The notes: generated from the letters alone by a model not told the origin. Counted from the stretch's first letter, positions 1 through 10,203 are shown. The stretch is DNA of 48,130 nucleotides from Candidatus Methanovirga aequatorialis (GCA_031282205.1 JAITEE010000148.1:1-48130); one strand, 5' to 3'. Translations and numbers: made by a program.

Positions 1-97
1 TTAAAATGAAGTTTTAATAAAAATTATCATGACAAAATTCCAAATCTTAAATTAAAAAAAATATTAGATCAATATAAATAATTTTTATAAAACACTA
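1..97. repeat. Copy A of a ~96-nt intergenic direct repeat (partner at 45256-45351); may extend beyond the window edge
   Basis: Aligned by eye against 45256-45351: 3 substitutions and one 1-nt indel over ~96 nt. The repeat starts at the first base of the window. Confidence 0.85.
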
Positions 98-147
98 ATA
101 AATATTAATGAAATTTAAATTTTCATAACAATACCCTAATTAAAGTA

Positions 148-867
148 TTAAATATTTAACTTTCGTATTTCTTTGTTTTCACATATCCCCACGTTATTTG
201 ATATATTCCTCTGAAGTGAAAAATCAATGTCTTCCACGTAGCCTAAGTCCCTTAACCTACCACTTGATCTAGAGTTATAAATAGCTTTTTTAACTAGTTC
301 ATAGTTCCTACTTCCTAAAACAGCTGTTTGACCATACTCACTAATATGCAAAGATTGAAATTTGGTCTTATTTTTCTTAAATTCCTCCTCTATGGAATGA
401 ATTATATCTCCACAGACTAAGTAATCCTCTATTGCAAAGTCTCCTTTTACTCCTGCCATGACAACATCTGCATGAGAGTTTGCTAATTTCAAACAGGCTC
501 TTCCAACGGCTTGACTATTGATAAAAGCACCTATTAAAACCTTTGATTTCATATCATTGAGTATTCTTGTTCCATTACTTGTAGTAAGAACCAAGGTTTT
601 TAAATTTGTTTTGTACTTTTGAATGGCCGTTGGAGAGTTACCAAGTTCAAATCCATTTATTTTAGCTCCAGTTCTTTCACCAGCCAAAACCCCATTTTTT
701 TGAATAGCTATTTCTTTTGCTTTTTCTTTAGTTAACACTGGAATTACTTTTTCATATTTATCTAATGCCACTGTAATAGTTGTACTTGCTCTTAAAGCAT
801 CGACCATGACAGACACATCATCCGATATTGTTTTTTCAAAACTTAAGCTCACCTTTAATTCTTTCAT
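148..867 (-). CDS. comB: 2-phosphosulfolactate phosphatase (coenzyme M biosynthesis)
   Basis: ORF 148-930. Sequence MKELKVSLSF...VDALRASTTITVAL...LTTSNGTR matches the ComB family pattern. I chose the ATG at 867 (MKELKV) rather than the upstream TTG at 930. Confidence 0.8.
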   Translation of the reverse strand: MKELKVSLSFEKTISDDVSVMVDALRASTTITVALDKYEKVIPVLTKEKAKEIAIQKNGVLAGERTGAKINGFELGNSPTAIQKYKTNLKTLVLTTSNGTRILNDMKSKVLIGAFINSQAVGRACLKLANSHADVVMAGVKGDFAIEDYLVCGDIIHSIEEEFKKNKTKFQSLHISEYGQTAVLGSRNYELVKKAIYNSRSSGRLRDLGYVEDIDFSLQRNISNNVGICENKEIRKLNI

Positions 868-1079
868 GAAAATCACATTTCTATTGAACAGTTTATGATT
901 AATCAAATATTTAATTCTTAATTTTAACAAGAAATCATGACCTTGTATTGATTCTTATATGAATATGATAACAACGGTATACTTTTTATATAAACAGAAG
1001 TTTAAGTAAACAAAATTATTATTTGAGTAAAGTATTAAAATAGTTAACCACCACATTTTATAACAGGAGAGTTAAGTCC

Positions 1080-1721
1080 ATGAAGATCTTAACAACACCG
1101 ATGTGTAAAAAAATAGTCGAAATTGCGGGTATAAAAGACTTTAAGGTAAGTAAAAAACCTAATGAAGAGGAAGGAGATTTGGCTATTTTAATGTCTGAGA
1201 AAAAACCAAAGATGAATTCATTAATTATTAAATTAAATACGGTTAATCAGATAAAAAATAGTATATTGGAAGTTTATAAGTATAATGAGTCTAAAAACAG
1301 GCCAAATTTAGAGGAGTGTATAAACAAAATTTTCATGGATAACGACCTGTATAAATGGATCGATAAAAACCAAAAAGAAGAGTTAAAAGAATTGAATTCA
1401 AACGTTAAGGTTATGGTTTATACAATCTTTTTAAAGGACGTTGTTGAGGATATGGGATTTAAAATACTCAACCTGAATATATTTGATCTAGATGTTAAAA
1501 AACATGAGGAAATTGTTTTAGAGGATTTAATGGCCGTTGAAGAAAATAACTTAGACGTGGATCGTTTAATATTTCCAGACTACTTCAAAATAAATAAACA
1601 TTATTTAAGCCCTAAAATCCAAAATAAAATTGTTATAATACCAACACACAACAATATATCCAAAAATCCGATTGAAAGAGCAAAAATACGTTATTCTATC
1701 CTTGAAAAATTAACGAATTAA
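1080..1721 (+). CDS. hypothetical protein; no motif recognised (the N-terminus is faintly reminiscent of periplasmic-binding-protein folds)
   Basis: 213-aa ORF with an AGGAGA ribosome-binding site about 8 nt upstream of the ATG. No competing ORF. Confidence 0.5.
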   Translation: MKILTTPMCKKIVEIAGIKDFKVSKKPNEEEGDLAILMSEKKPKMNSLIIKLNTVNQIKNSILEVYKYNESKNRPNLEECINKIFMDNDLYKWIDKNQKEELKELNSNVKVMVYTIFLKDVVEDMGFKILNLNIFDLDVKKHEEIVLEDLMAVEENNLDVDRLIFPDYFKINKHYLSPKIQNKIVIIPTHNNISKNPIERAKIRYSILEKLTN

Positions 1722-2575
1722 TATTCTTACTTCTAACTTCATTTTAATAATAATTTTTTATAAAGTATTACACTTTTTAATTTATCTTTTTATTTCTTTA
1801 TTCATCATTTAACATCCTAAGTTCTATTTAAATCTATTTTTATGATTTTTTTCTTTATTTGATTATATTTTAGGCCTTTTAATAAATTATTTATATTCGT
1901 TAATAAGAAAAGCGTGATTATCAATTTTCAAAGAAGTATTACGTTTATGAAAATAAAGAATTTTATTAAATATTATCATCTTTAAATAGTTTTTAACTTT
2001 ACTTAATATTAACAACAAATTTTTAAACCATATTTTTTAATTTTAAGAAATTTTTTCCTTGAGAAAATTTAGAAGCATTTATATGAGTATTACTATTTAA
2101 TAAATAAATATCACTATAGTAAGTTGGTGGAAATAATTATTCAACTATTTTACAAGTTAAATATCTAAATTTCGCTCAAATACAGATTCAAATCAAATGA
2201 AGTCATCCCAGTCATTTTTAAAACACGTATATTCCATACAACTTATTATCAGTGATTTATAATAATTTTAATCCTCAATAAACAATTTTTAATCCATGTA
2301 TTAATTATAACCTGTATTTATATCAACGACTATTTTTTTTATAAAAACTTCGTTTTCATCAATTAAAAACATTTTTATATTATTTTTTATAGAGTTGTCA
2401 ATAGAACATAATTAGTTTTTTACAGTTTTAATCAATCTTATAGAAAGGGGTAACTACAAGATAATTGATCGTATACCGATAGTGGGTAAAAAAATAAGAT
2501 TTGTATAACAAACAATCTATTGGTTATTTAATAAATGGAGGAGTTAAAATTAGCAGTATTGAAAGTGATGTTGAT

Positions 2576-3925
2576 ATGATGTGTGGATTAGAAATACATG
2601 TGCAATTAAACACCAACTCAAAGCTCTTTTGTGATTGTAGAACAAATTATCAAAGTGTTCCACCCAATACCAATATATGTCCAGTATGTTTAAATCAGCC
2701 AGGAGCAAAACCTTATCCAACAAATATTCAAGGGTTGAAAAATGCCTTAATGATAGCTTTAATGTTAAATTGTAAAATAGATCAGAGAGTAATATATTTT
2801 TTAAGAAAACATTATGACTATCCAGATTTGCCCTCTGGTTATCAAAGAACATCCCTTCCAATAGGATATGAAGGAGAGTTAAATGGAGTTAGAATTAGAG
2901 AGATACATGTTGAAGAAGATCCTGGTCAGTTTAAACCAGATAAAGGAATCGTTGATTTTAATCGTTCAGGTATTCCATTGGTTGAGATTGTGACTGAACC
3001 AGATATATTTTCTCCAGAACAGGCACGAACTTTCCTAAAGGAATTGATAAGGGTTTTAAAATATAGTGAAAGTGCTCGTGGAGAAGGGACGATGAGAGCA
3101 GATGTTAACATATCCCTTGATGGTGGTAAAAGAGTTGAGATAAAAAATATAAACTCCATTAAAGGAGCCTACAAGGCATTGAAATTTGAAATGGTTAGAC
3201 AAAAAAATCTTATTAAAAGAGGGATAGAGATACAGCAAGAAACACGGGCTTTTGTTGAATCTCAAATGATAACTGTATCCATGAGACTTAAAGAAGATGC
3301 TGATGATTATAGATTCATTCCCGATCCTGACCTACCACCAATGGCCATCACCAACGAAGAAATCACAGATGTAAAAGAAAACATGCCTGAAACACCTCAT
3401 AACAAAGTTAAAAGGTTCATTAAGGAGTATGATATTGATGAAGAATCAGCAAAGGTTTTAACTTCAGAATTAGAGCTAGCCGATGCCTATGAAGAAATTG
3501 TTAAAAAAATAGATCCAAAGTTTACCGCTTCGTGGATGAGAGATGAACTTAAAAGGGTTCTTTACTACAACAAAGTTGATTACAAAACAAGTAACATAAG
3601 TCAAGATAGGATTATTCAACTATTAGAACTACTAATAAACAAAGAGATAACCGCAAAAGCAGGACAGAGGGTTGTTGAGTACATGGTTGAAATTCCTGAA
3701 ACTCCAAGGGAAATAGCTGAAAAATTAAATTTAATTGGAATAGTCACAGATGATGAAGTGGTAAATGCTGTTAAAATAGCTATCGAAGAAAATCCAGAAG
3801 CTGTTGATGATTATCATCAAGGAAAAAAGACTTCGATGAACTTCTTAGTAGGTCAAGTAATGAAAAAGACGAGAGGAAAGGCCGATCCTCAAGAAACAGT
3901 TAAAATATTAACAGAGTTACTATAG
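2576..3925 (+). CDS. gatB: Asp/Glu-tRNA(Asn/Gln) amidotransferase subunit B
   Basis: MMCGLEIHVQLNT...KLFC, HVEEDPG and the C-terminal YqeY-like tail LVGQVMKKTRGKADP are GatB hallmarks. The size fits GatB rather than GatE. I chose the ATG at 2576 instead of the TTG at 2501. Confidence 0.85.
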   Translation: MMCGLEIHVQLNTNSKLFCDCRTNYQSVPPNTNICPVCLNQPGAKPYPTNIQGLKNALMIALMLNCKIDQRVIYFLRKHYDYPDLPSGYQRTSLPIGYEGELNGVRIREIHVEEDPGQFKPDKGIVDFNRSGIPLVEIVTEPDIFSPEQARTFLKELIRVLKYSESARGEGTMRADVNISLDGGKRVEIKNINSIKGAYKALKFEMVRQKNLIKRGIEIQQETRAFVESQMITVSMRLKEDADDYRFIPDPDLPPMAITNEEITDVKENMPETPHNKVKRFIKEYDIDEESAKVLTSELELADAYEEIVKKIDPKFTASWMRDELKRVLYYNKVDYKTSNISQDRIIQLLELLINKEITAKAGQRVVEYMVEIPETPREIAEKLNLIGIVTDDEVVNAVKIAIEENPEAVDDYHQGKKTSMNFLVGQVMKKTRGKADPQETVKILTELL

Positions 3926-4146
3926 ATAAAATAAGTCGTCCATAGTCACAACGATGATGTTTGCCAGTTATCATTTAATTAATTACTGAATATCATTTTA
4001 AGAGATCTAAAGAGATTATATTAATTATTTAAATTTGATAAAATTACAATTTCTGAACGACTAAAGTGTTGTATAACCTATCAACCTTTAAAGATGTTGT
4101 TACCTCCGTCTAAAAATTAAATAAATTAATGTAGAATTGGGATAAA

Positions 4147-4971
4147 ATGAGTAAAAAATCAATAGTAAAAGAATATATGACCAAGAATGTTACAAATGTA
4201 CATCCAAAAACTTCCAGAAATGAAATAATAAAGGTTATGAAAGAAACTGGTCATGATGGATTTCCAGTAGTCAATGAAAACAATGAAATAACTGGTTTTA
4301 TAACCTCCTTTGATTTTATAATAAAAGATCATGCAGATTTAGTAAAAGATATAATGTCCACGGATGTTATTGTAGCTCAAGAAGATATGTCCATTAATGA
4401 TACGGCAAGAGTAATGTTTAGACATGGAGTATCAAAACTCCCAGTGGTCGATAAGGATGGAAAATTAAAGGGAATTATTACGAACACCGACATGGTTCGT
4501 TCAAATATTGAAAGAACCACACCAAATAAAGTCAAATCATTTAAAGAAACATTAGAACAATTATATGCCGTTAAAACTGCATTAAAAAGAATGAAAGTTC
4601 GAGTGAATAATTTAAGACCAACACAAGATAAAATTTTTGCAGATGAATTGCAAGGAAGAGAATATGAATTAAAAAGAGGGTTAATAGAACCCGTAATTGT
4701 TGCCAAAACTGGAAGTAGATGGATTCTGATTGATGGACATCACAGAGCAGTGGCATCTGTAAATTTAAAACACGAGGAAATTGATGCCTATGTCATTGAA
4801 TTAAATAAAGATGTTAAATTAGGAATGGAAAGAACAGCAGATAAAAGTGGAATTTACACATTTGATGATATAAAAATCATCGACGACGACCAACACCCAT
4901 TGGTAAGTATTACAGAAAGTATTAAGAAAGAAAATGATAAAAAAGAACTTAATGAACTTTCAAATGAATAA
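4147..4971 (+). CDS. CBS-domain pair fused to a ParB/sulfiredoxin-like domain
   Basis: Two CBS repeats are visible (VKEYMTKNV...FPVV and VKDIMSTDV...LPVVD). They are followed by LRPTQ...ILIDGHHR, which is typical of ParB-like nuclease/Srx-fold domains. Confidence 0.75.
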   Translation: MSKKSIVKEYMTKNVTNVHPKTSRNEIIKVMKETGHDGFPVVNENNEITGFITSFDFIIKDHADLVKDIMSTDVIVAQEDMSINDTARVMFRHGVSKLPVVDKDGKLKGIITNTDMVRSNIERTTPNKVKSFKETLEQLYAVKTALKRMKVRVNNLRPTQDKIFADELQGREYELKRGLIEPVIVAKTGSRWILIDGHHRAVASVNLKHEEIDAYVIELNKDVKLGMERTADKSGIYTFDDIKIIDDDQHPLVSITESIKKENDKKELNELSNE

Positions 4972-5093
4972 ATCAGTTATTATAAAAAAAATGATACGTT
5001 AAAAGATGTACCATTTATCAACCATGTTTTATAGATGTGTGAATTAGTAGAAAAATAGAGTAAGATTAATATGATTAAAAGGTGTAGATAGTA

Positions 5094-6314
5094 ATGGAGT
5101 TAATAGTAGTTAAATTTGGTGGAACTTCAATTGGTAATGGAGAAAGAATAAAAAAAGCAACTCAATCCATTGTAAATGAATATATGAAAGGGAATAAAAT
5201 TGTTGTTGTAGTTTCTGCTATTAACAAGACAACAGATGACTTAGTTAAAATTATTGAGACCTCCATTGGAGACAGTGTTAGTAATAAACAAATGGCCGAA
5301 ATATTATCCATGGGAGAAATGACAAGTGTGAGAGTCGTTTCAGCAGCAATTGAATCATTAGGAGTAAAGTCAACTTACATAGATCCTTACAATGAAAATT
5401 GGCCTATTTTAACCAATAACAAATTTGTTGACGCGCACATCGATATTGACAAGTCCGTTAAACAGTCCGAAAGATTGATGGACGTTGTTGAACAAGGAAT
5501 AGTTCCCGTTGTTTGTGGATTTTTAGGAAAATCTGAAAGTGGCCAAATTACTACATTAGGAAGAGGAGGCAGTGATACGACCGCATTTTTCTTAGCCAAC
5601 AGTTTAAATGCTAATCAAGTCATCATTGTAACGGATGTACGTGGGGTTATGACCTCTGATCCTAATCGAATTAAAGATGTTAAAAAGTTAGATGAAATTT
5701 CAGTTGAGGAGATGATGGATTTAGCTATTAATGGAGCGAAAGTTTTACACCCCAATGCATTAAAATATAAAAACCCTTTATTATCTGCTAAAATCATATA
5801 TCACGAATCTGGAGATTTATCCAAAGATGGAACCATAATTACTGGACCATCTGAAGGAGAGATGATGAGTTACTCTTCAGTATATCCTGATCCTATCACT
5901 CTTTTATCAATCGTTGGTGTTAATATCCTTAAACATGTAGGTGTATTAGCAGAACTTACAGACACACTTTCAAAAAATGATATAAATATCTTTGGAGTAT
6001 CTACAGGCCAAAATTCCATTACACTTTTTGTAAACAAGAAGGACGCATTTAATGCACATCGTATTCTTCATGAAATTATAGTGGAGCATAGTAATTTAAA
6101 CTCCATTTCTGTTGGGAAAAAAATAGCAATGTTAACCTTTGTAAGTCCAGATTTCATTGAAACTCCAGGGATTATTTCCGATATTACAGAACCCTTAAGA
6201 AAAAATGAAATTAATATCTTTGAGATTTCATCTTCTCAAACAGCCATTACACTTTTTGTTGATTGGAATGACGGTGAAAAAGCATATAAACTTATTAAAG
6301 AGGTTTTAAAATGA
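5094..6314 (+). CDS. lysC: aspartate kinase
   Basis: VVKFGGTSIG N-terminus, LGRGGSDTTA motif and two ACT-like repeats at the C-terminus. The stop overlaps the dapA start (ATGA). Confidence 0.85.
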   Translation: MELIVVKFGGTSIGNGERIKKATQSIVNEYMKGNKIVVVVSAINKTTDDLVKIIETSIGDSVSNKQMAEILSMGEMTSVRVVSAAIESLGVKSTYIDPYNENWPILTNNKFVDAHIDIDKSVKQSERLMDVVEQGIVPVVCGFLGKSESGQITTLGRGGSDTTAFFLANSLNANQVIIVTDVRGVMTSDPNRIKDVKKLDEISVEEMMDLAINGAKVLHPNALKYKNPLLSAKIIYHESGDLSKDGTIITGPSEGEMMSYSSVYPDPITLLSIVGVNILKHVGVLAELTDTLSKNDINIFGVSTGQNSITLFVNKKDAFNAHRILHEIIVEHSNLNSISVGKKIAMLTFVSPDFIETPGIISDITEPLRKNEINIFEISSSQTAITLFVDWNDGEKAYKLIKEVLK

Positions 6315-7210
6315 AATTTGAAGGTACGGCCGTGGCCATGGTCACACCATTTACGGCCAATAACGAAATTAATGAAGAAAGTCTTAGATCAAATATAAAC
6401 TTTTTAATTGAAAATGGGGTTGATGGTTTATTAGCTGCTGGAACAACTGGAGAATCGGCCACAATCAACCATGATGAACAAAAAAGATTAATAGACATTT
6501 TAGTCGATGAAGTTAATGGAAGAGTCACTACCTTCGCAGGTGCAGGTAGTAATTCTACCAATGAAGCCTTAAATTTAGTCAAACATGCTAAAAATGCAGA
6601 TGCAGATTTTGCTCTTGTTATCACCCCTTACTATAACAAACCCCAAGAACATGGACTAATCCAACATTATAAATTAATCAACGATTCCATAGATATGCCA
6701 ATTGTACTATACAACGTTCCTTCTCGTACTGGAGTAGATATGAGCGTAGAATCCATACTAAAAATAGCCGAATTTAACAACGTTGTTGGAATTAAAGAAG
6801 CTAATCCTAACGTCGATAAAACATCAGCCATTTATAAATCTTTAATTTGCAACGATTTAGAAGATAAATTTTTTATTTTATCTGGAAACGATGATTTGAC
6901 AATTCCTTTAATGAGTGTTGGTGCAAAAGGTGTTGTTAGTGTTGTTGCTAACGTTGATCCCTATAGAACATCACAAATGGTAAATTCTTTTAAAAACGGA
7001 GACATTAAAAAAGCTAAAGATTTACACTTCAAATTGTACAATCTTATGAAAGTTCTTTTCATTGAATCCAATCCTGTTCCAACAAAATACGCTTTGAATC
7101 TTATGGGAAAGCCTGTTGGCAATGTTAGACTACCATTAGGACCATTAACGAAGGAACATGAACAAGACATTAAAAATTGTTTAAAAGAATTAGGCTTAGT
7201 CAAACTTTAG
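6311..7210 (+). CDS. dapA: 4-hydroxy-tetrahydrodipicolinate synthase
   Basis: AMVTPF, GTTGES, YNVPSRTG and GIKEA (catalytic Lys context) motifs. Translationally coupled to lysC. Confidence 0.9.
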   Translation: MKFEGTAVAMVTPFTANNEINEESLRSNINFLIENGVDGLLAAGTTGESATINHDEQKRLIDILVDEVNGRVTTFAGAGSNSTNEALNLVKHAKNADADFALVITPYYNKPQEHGLIQHYKLINDSIDMPIVLYNVPSRTGVDMSVESILKIAEFNNVVGIKEANPNVDKTSAIYKSLICNDLEDKFFILSGNDDLTIPLMSVGAKGVVSVVANVDPYRTSQMVNSFKNGDIKKAKDLHFKLYNLMKVLFIESNPVPTKYALNLMGKPVGNVRLPLGPLTKEHEQDIKNCLKELGLVKL

Positions 7211-7218
7211 AAGAAAAC

Positions 7219-7226
7219 TTTTTTTT
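7219..7226. terminator. T8 tract between the convergent dapA and ZIP genes (archaeal oligo-T terminator candidate for dapA)
   Basis: A tttttttt run lies 9 nt after the dapA stop codon. Confidence 0.4.
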
Positions 7227-7242
7227 GGGTTTCTTTGTAGGC

Positions 7243-8160
7243 TTATGTGAGGTGGGATAGGGTGAATGATAGTAGGAGGCCTAGGGCCATTAGTAAGCCT
7301 GTGAATTCATGGGTTTCTTTGTAGGCTTCTGGGAGTAAAACGTCGGCTATTATGGATATTAATGCACCTGCAGCCACACCTAAAGCGCCAGATAGGATGT
7401 GATGGTCTGTGTGTGAAAACACTGAATAGGAAAATAAGGTGGAAAAGGCGGATAAAATCAAAACAAAAGTCCAAACACTGAAGATGGACTTTTTACTCCA
7501 GCCCCCAAGTTTCATATTTCTTGAAGATGAAACACCCTCAAACAAATTAGCTATAAAAACAGCGACCAATAAAGAAACACTGATCGGTCCCCCAATAATA
7601 AGTATTAAACCAATAGATAAAGACTCTGGAATACCATCCAATAACGCCCCTACAACAGTAATAAAACTTCCAATTTGATACCTATTAAAAGATCCATCGT
7701 ATCTACGACGATAAACACTGAACAAGACACTCTTCAACCAATTAAACCCTGCAAATAAACGACAATTCAAACTACCCATAAAATCATTATTTGAGTTGAT
7801 ATTACCCCTAACATCGTCCTCATCCAAACTATCAATATTATCCACCCTAAAATCATCCAAAGAAGTTTCTAAACTTTGATTTTTTTTAATACTAAAATGA
7901 TTCAGGATTACATCGGCTAAAGTGAAAACCACAACACCAACAAAAAAACCTGTGATCATAGGTTCAAAACCACCATAAAAATACGACTCAACAAGAAGAT
8001 CAAAACACGCAGCCGAAGTCAACAATCCAGCAGTAAAGGCCATAGTAACAGCTACCACCCTTTCAGGCACATTAAAATGATACCCAAAAAAAGCACCAAT
8101 AATCAAAGACACACTACCCAAAGCTCCAAACAACACTACCTGCAAATAAGTCAAAAACAC
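7243..8160 (-). CDS. ZIP-family divalent metal transporter with an Asp-rich central loop
   Basis: Multi-TM protein whose glycine-rich helices (GALLDGIPESLSIGL) are typical of ZupT/GufA-type ZIP proteins. GTG start. Confidence 0.7.
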   Translation of the reverse strand: MFLTYLQVVLFGALGSVSLIIGAFFGYHFNVPERVVAVTMAFTAGLLTSAACFDLLVESYFYGGFEPMITGFFVGVVVFTLADVILNHFSIKKNQSLETSLDDFRVDNIDSLDEDDVRGNINSNNDFMGSLNCRLFAGFNWLKSVLFSVYRRRYDGSFNRYQIGSFITVVGALLDGIPESLSIGLILIIGGPISVSLLVAVFIANLFEGVSSSRNMKLGGWSKKSIFSVWTFVLILSAFSTLFSYSVFSHTDHHILSGALGVAAGALISIIADVLLPEAYKETHEFTGLLMALGLLLSFTLSHLT

Positions 8161-8417
8161 ATAAAAACCACCATAAAAATTGTCGTATTAATTAAAATAA
8201 AAAAAACCTAAAACGTATATTTTAATCTATTCCTTAGAGTTATTTATTATATATACAAGAAGTATGAAATAAATATAATGGATTATAAAAACAATGAGAA
8301 ATTCATCAAAATTTTTTTAATTCTGAAAAAAAGAAAATAGTATACTTATAATATTTGTATTTTTTATAGTATTATATTTAATAAAACCCAACAAAAATAG
8401 TAAAACAAGATGATTGC

Positions 8418-8753
8418 CTATTGTAATAATATATTAAATAAAAATGAAAAAAAATTTTTACCTAATGCACTGCCACCAGCTTTAACGCCTTCCCATACTC
8501 CAGTACTTACTCCATCCTCAACTACACTGCCGTCATTAGTGGGTGTACTAATAGCTGCACTAATGGCTGTGAAAACTTTTTTAAGAATATCTATTGTCTT
8601 AAAACCATTATATAAACCTTTCATAAAGTTTTTAACTTCATCTAAACTTTTTTTAAACTTTTTCTTACCATCCTTAAAGTTTTGTTTAACATCTTTAAGG
8701 TCTTTAGTTGAAACATTCTCATATATTCCTCCACTATTACTACAATAAGGCAT
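8418..8753 (-). CDS. small hypothetical protein (Lys-rich N-terminal half, Gly/Ala-rich C-terminal half)
   Basis: 111-aa ORF. The opposite strand is also open here, so coding status is uncertain. Confidence 0.3.
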   Translation of the reverse strand: MPYCSNSGGIYENVSTKDLKDVKQNFKDGKKKFKKSLDEVKNFMKGLYNGFKTIDILKKVFTAISAAISTPTNDGSVVEDGVSTGVWEGVKAGGSALGKNFFSFLFNILLQ

Positions 8754-9420
8754 AATTATTGGCCTTGTTCCGTAACGTTACCATTAATTTGTATATTATC
8801 ATTAATGAAAATATCAGTAGCAATAGAAAGATTATAAAGAAGAATACCATCATAAGTAATAATTACAGAATCATTTTTAATTAAAAAATGAAATCAAATG
8901 ACAACATGAAAACAACAATTAAATACAAATATTGACATTTTAAAATATATTCTCATAAACGTTAAAACTTAATTTTTTGCAAAAAGGATGTAGTAACGTT
9001 TAGTAAAATTTTAAATAATGAAGGATATGTTATTTAATATTTAGTAATTTAATGATGGAATGAATATCAAAAAAAGATTTTAAACCTGTTAAATTTACTA
9101 TCAACTTGAATGATGGTAAAAAAAGGAAGTTATAAGAGTTACAAAGAGGAGTGTCTTTATATCATGGAAGATTATAAATCAAGTGAATCTTCAAAGATTT
9201 TCTATGTTTTATTTCATTGTTGTAACATGGATAATGCACCCTAACATCGAAAAATACGTAACATCAATTGTAAAAAAAAAGATGAAACAAACTCCACCAA
9301 CATTAATCTGAAACTTAAATAGAAGAATGCATAAATCATGTAATTTTTTAACAGAATTCAACAGTTTAAGAATATAGCTATTTGGCAGTTCATGTTCATT
9401 GAGTCATTAAAAATAGAGGT

Positions 9421-9709
9421 GATGGTATACCGAGATAACCCATCTTCTGTTTAACAGCATTCATCTTTGCGAACTACCTTGCCTCGAGAGTTGTCATCAG
9501 CACATTTGTTCTTGCACCCTATAGATTGGCCGTTTCACCGCTCCTTTTAATGTCTATCAGCTATTGCATCATTATCATTCATTAAAAGACGTTTCGTTTC
9601 TGCTCCAGTGTCATGCTTCTCAGCATATGTTTTCCAACATTATAGTTTCTATGGTGGATAGAGTTTCCTAAGTTAACAAATAACCAGTAGCTGTCTTCGG
9701 CTTACCATC
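9421..9709 (-). ncRNA. rnpB: RNase P RNA (archaeal type A-like)
   Basis: A relatively GC-rich, ORF-free island. The reverse complement starts GATGGTAAGCCGA and ends TCGGTATACCATC, which can pair as a P1 helix. It contains AGGAAACTC (CR-I GAGGAAAGUCC-like), GCAGAAACG, GGTGAAACGGCC, and AACAGAAGATGGGTTAT (ACAGAAnnnGGCUUA-like, with the P4 partner). Confidence 0.75.
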
Positions 9710-9841
9710 ATTAAATGTTATATAATTCATTATAAATAAATATTTCTCATACAACAAAAGTAAACAATACAAAATAGCTCATTAAAAAATTTTATCTTAT
9801 GAACAAAAAATTTTACAAAGCTTTTAGAGGATTAGTATAAA

Positions 9842-9916
<75 letters not shown>

Positions 9917-10126
9917 AAATGAAACAATTTACATTTAACTTCTTTATAATGGTCCACTTAATTTTTTTATGAAAACAATTCATATTTTATTAATTTAGTT
10001 TTATATAAACTTTTAGTTTAATATAACCTTAATTAAAAGACCATCTAATTATTAATTCTATTTTAATCAACATATTATATAAACGTTCTCATTACACTTC
10101 TATCTTTATTAAAATTTCGATAAAAA

Positions 10127-10203
10127 TGGGGCCGGAGCCGAGATTCGAACCCGAGTCACAGGATCCACAGTCCCGTAGGATGACCAAACTACCCTACCCC
10201 GGC
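10127..10203 (-). tRNA. tRNA-His (GTG), 3' CCA encoded
   Basis: GCCGGGGTAGGGTAG...GGGACTGTGGATCCTG...GGGTTCGAATCCCGGCTCCGGC followed by C73 and CCA. The base at position -1 is T, not G. Confidence 0.9.

Noticed and set aside
1722-2500. Replication origin (oriC) call for the long spacer
   Set aside because: It has only three short motif copies with loose resemblance to mini-ORB elements, no adjacent orc1/cdc6 gene, and no way to compute skew here. I reported it only as a motif observation, not as a feature.
2501-2575. N-terminal extensions implied by the ORF track (for example gatB from TTG 2501, comB from 930, aqpM from 20238, dnaK from 32809, grpE from 33690, purP from 26808)
   Set aside because: In each case, internal ATG codons with well-spaced GGAGG/GGTGA ribosome-binding sites and family-typical N-termini fit better. 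The extended starts remain possible, but I did not adopt them.
8410-8748. 112-aa plus-strand ORF mirroring the 8418-8753 minus-strand ORF
   Set aside because: Both strands are open here, so only one ORF, or neither, can be real. The plus-strand product is proline/leucine-rich low-complexity sequence with no ribosome-binding site. I kept only the minus-strand ORF, at low confidence.
8894-8896. In-frame TGA as a selenocysteine codon
   Set aside because: The host ORF is tiny and not a known selenoprotein family. No SECIS-like hairpin is evident downstream. Methanobacteriales are not known Sec users. A nonsense mutation or a non-coding region is more likely.
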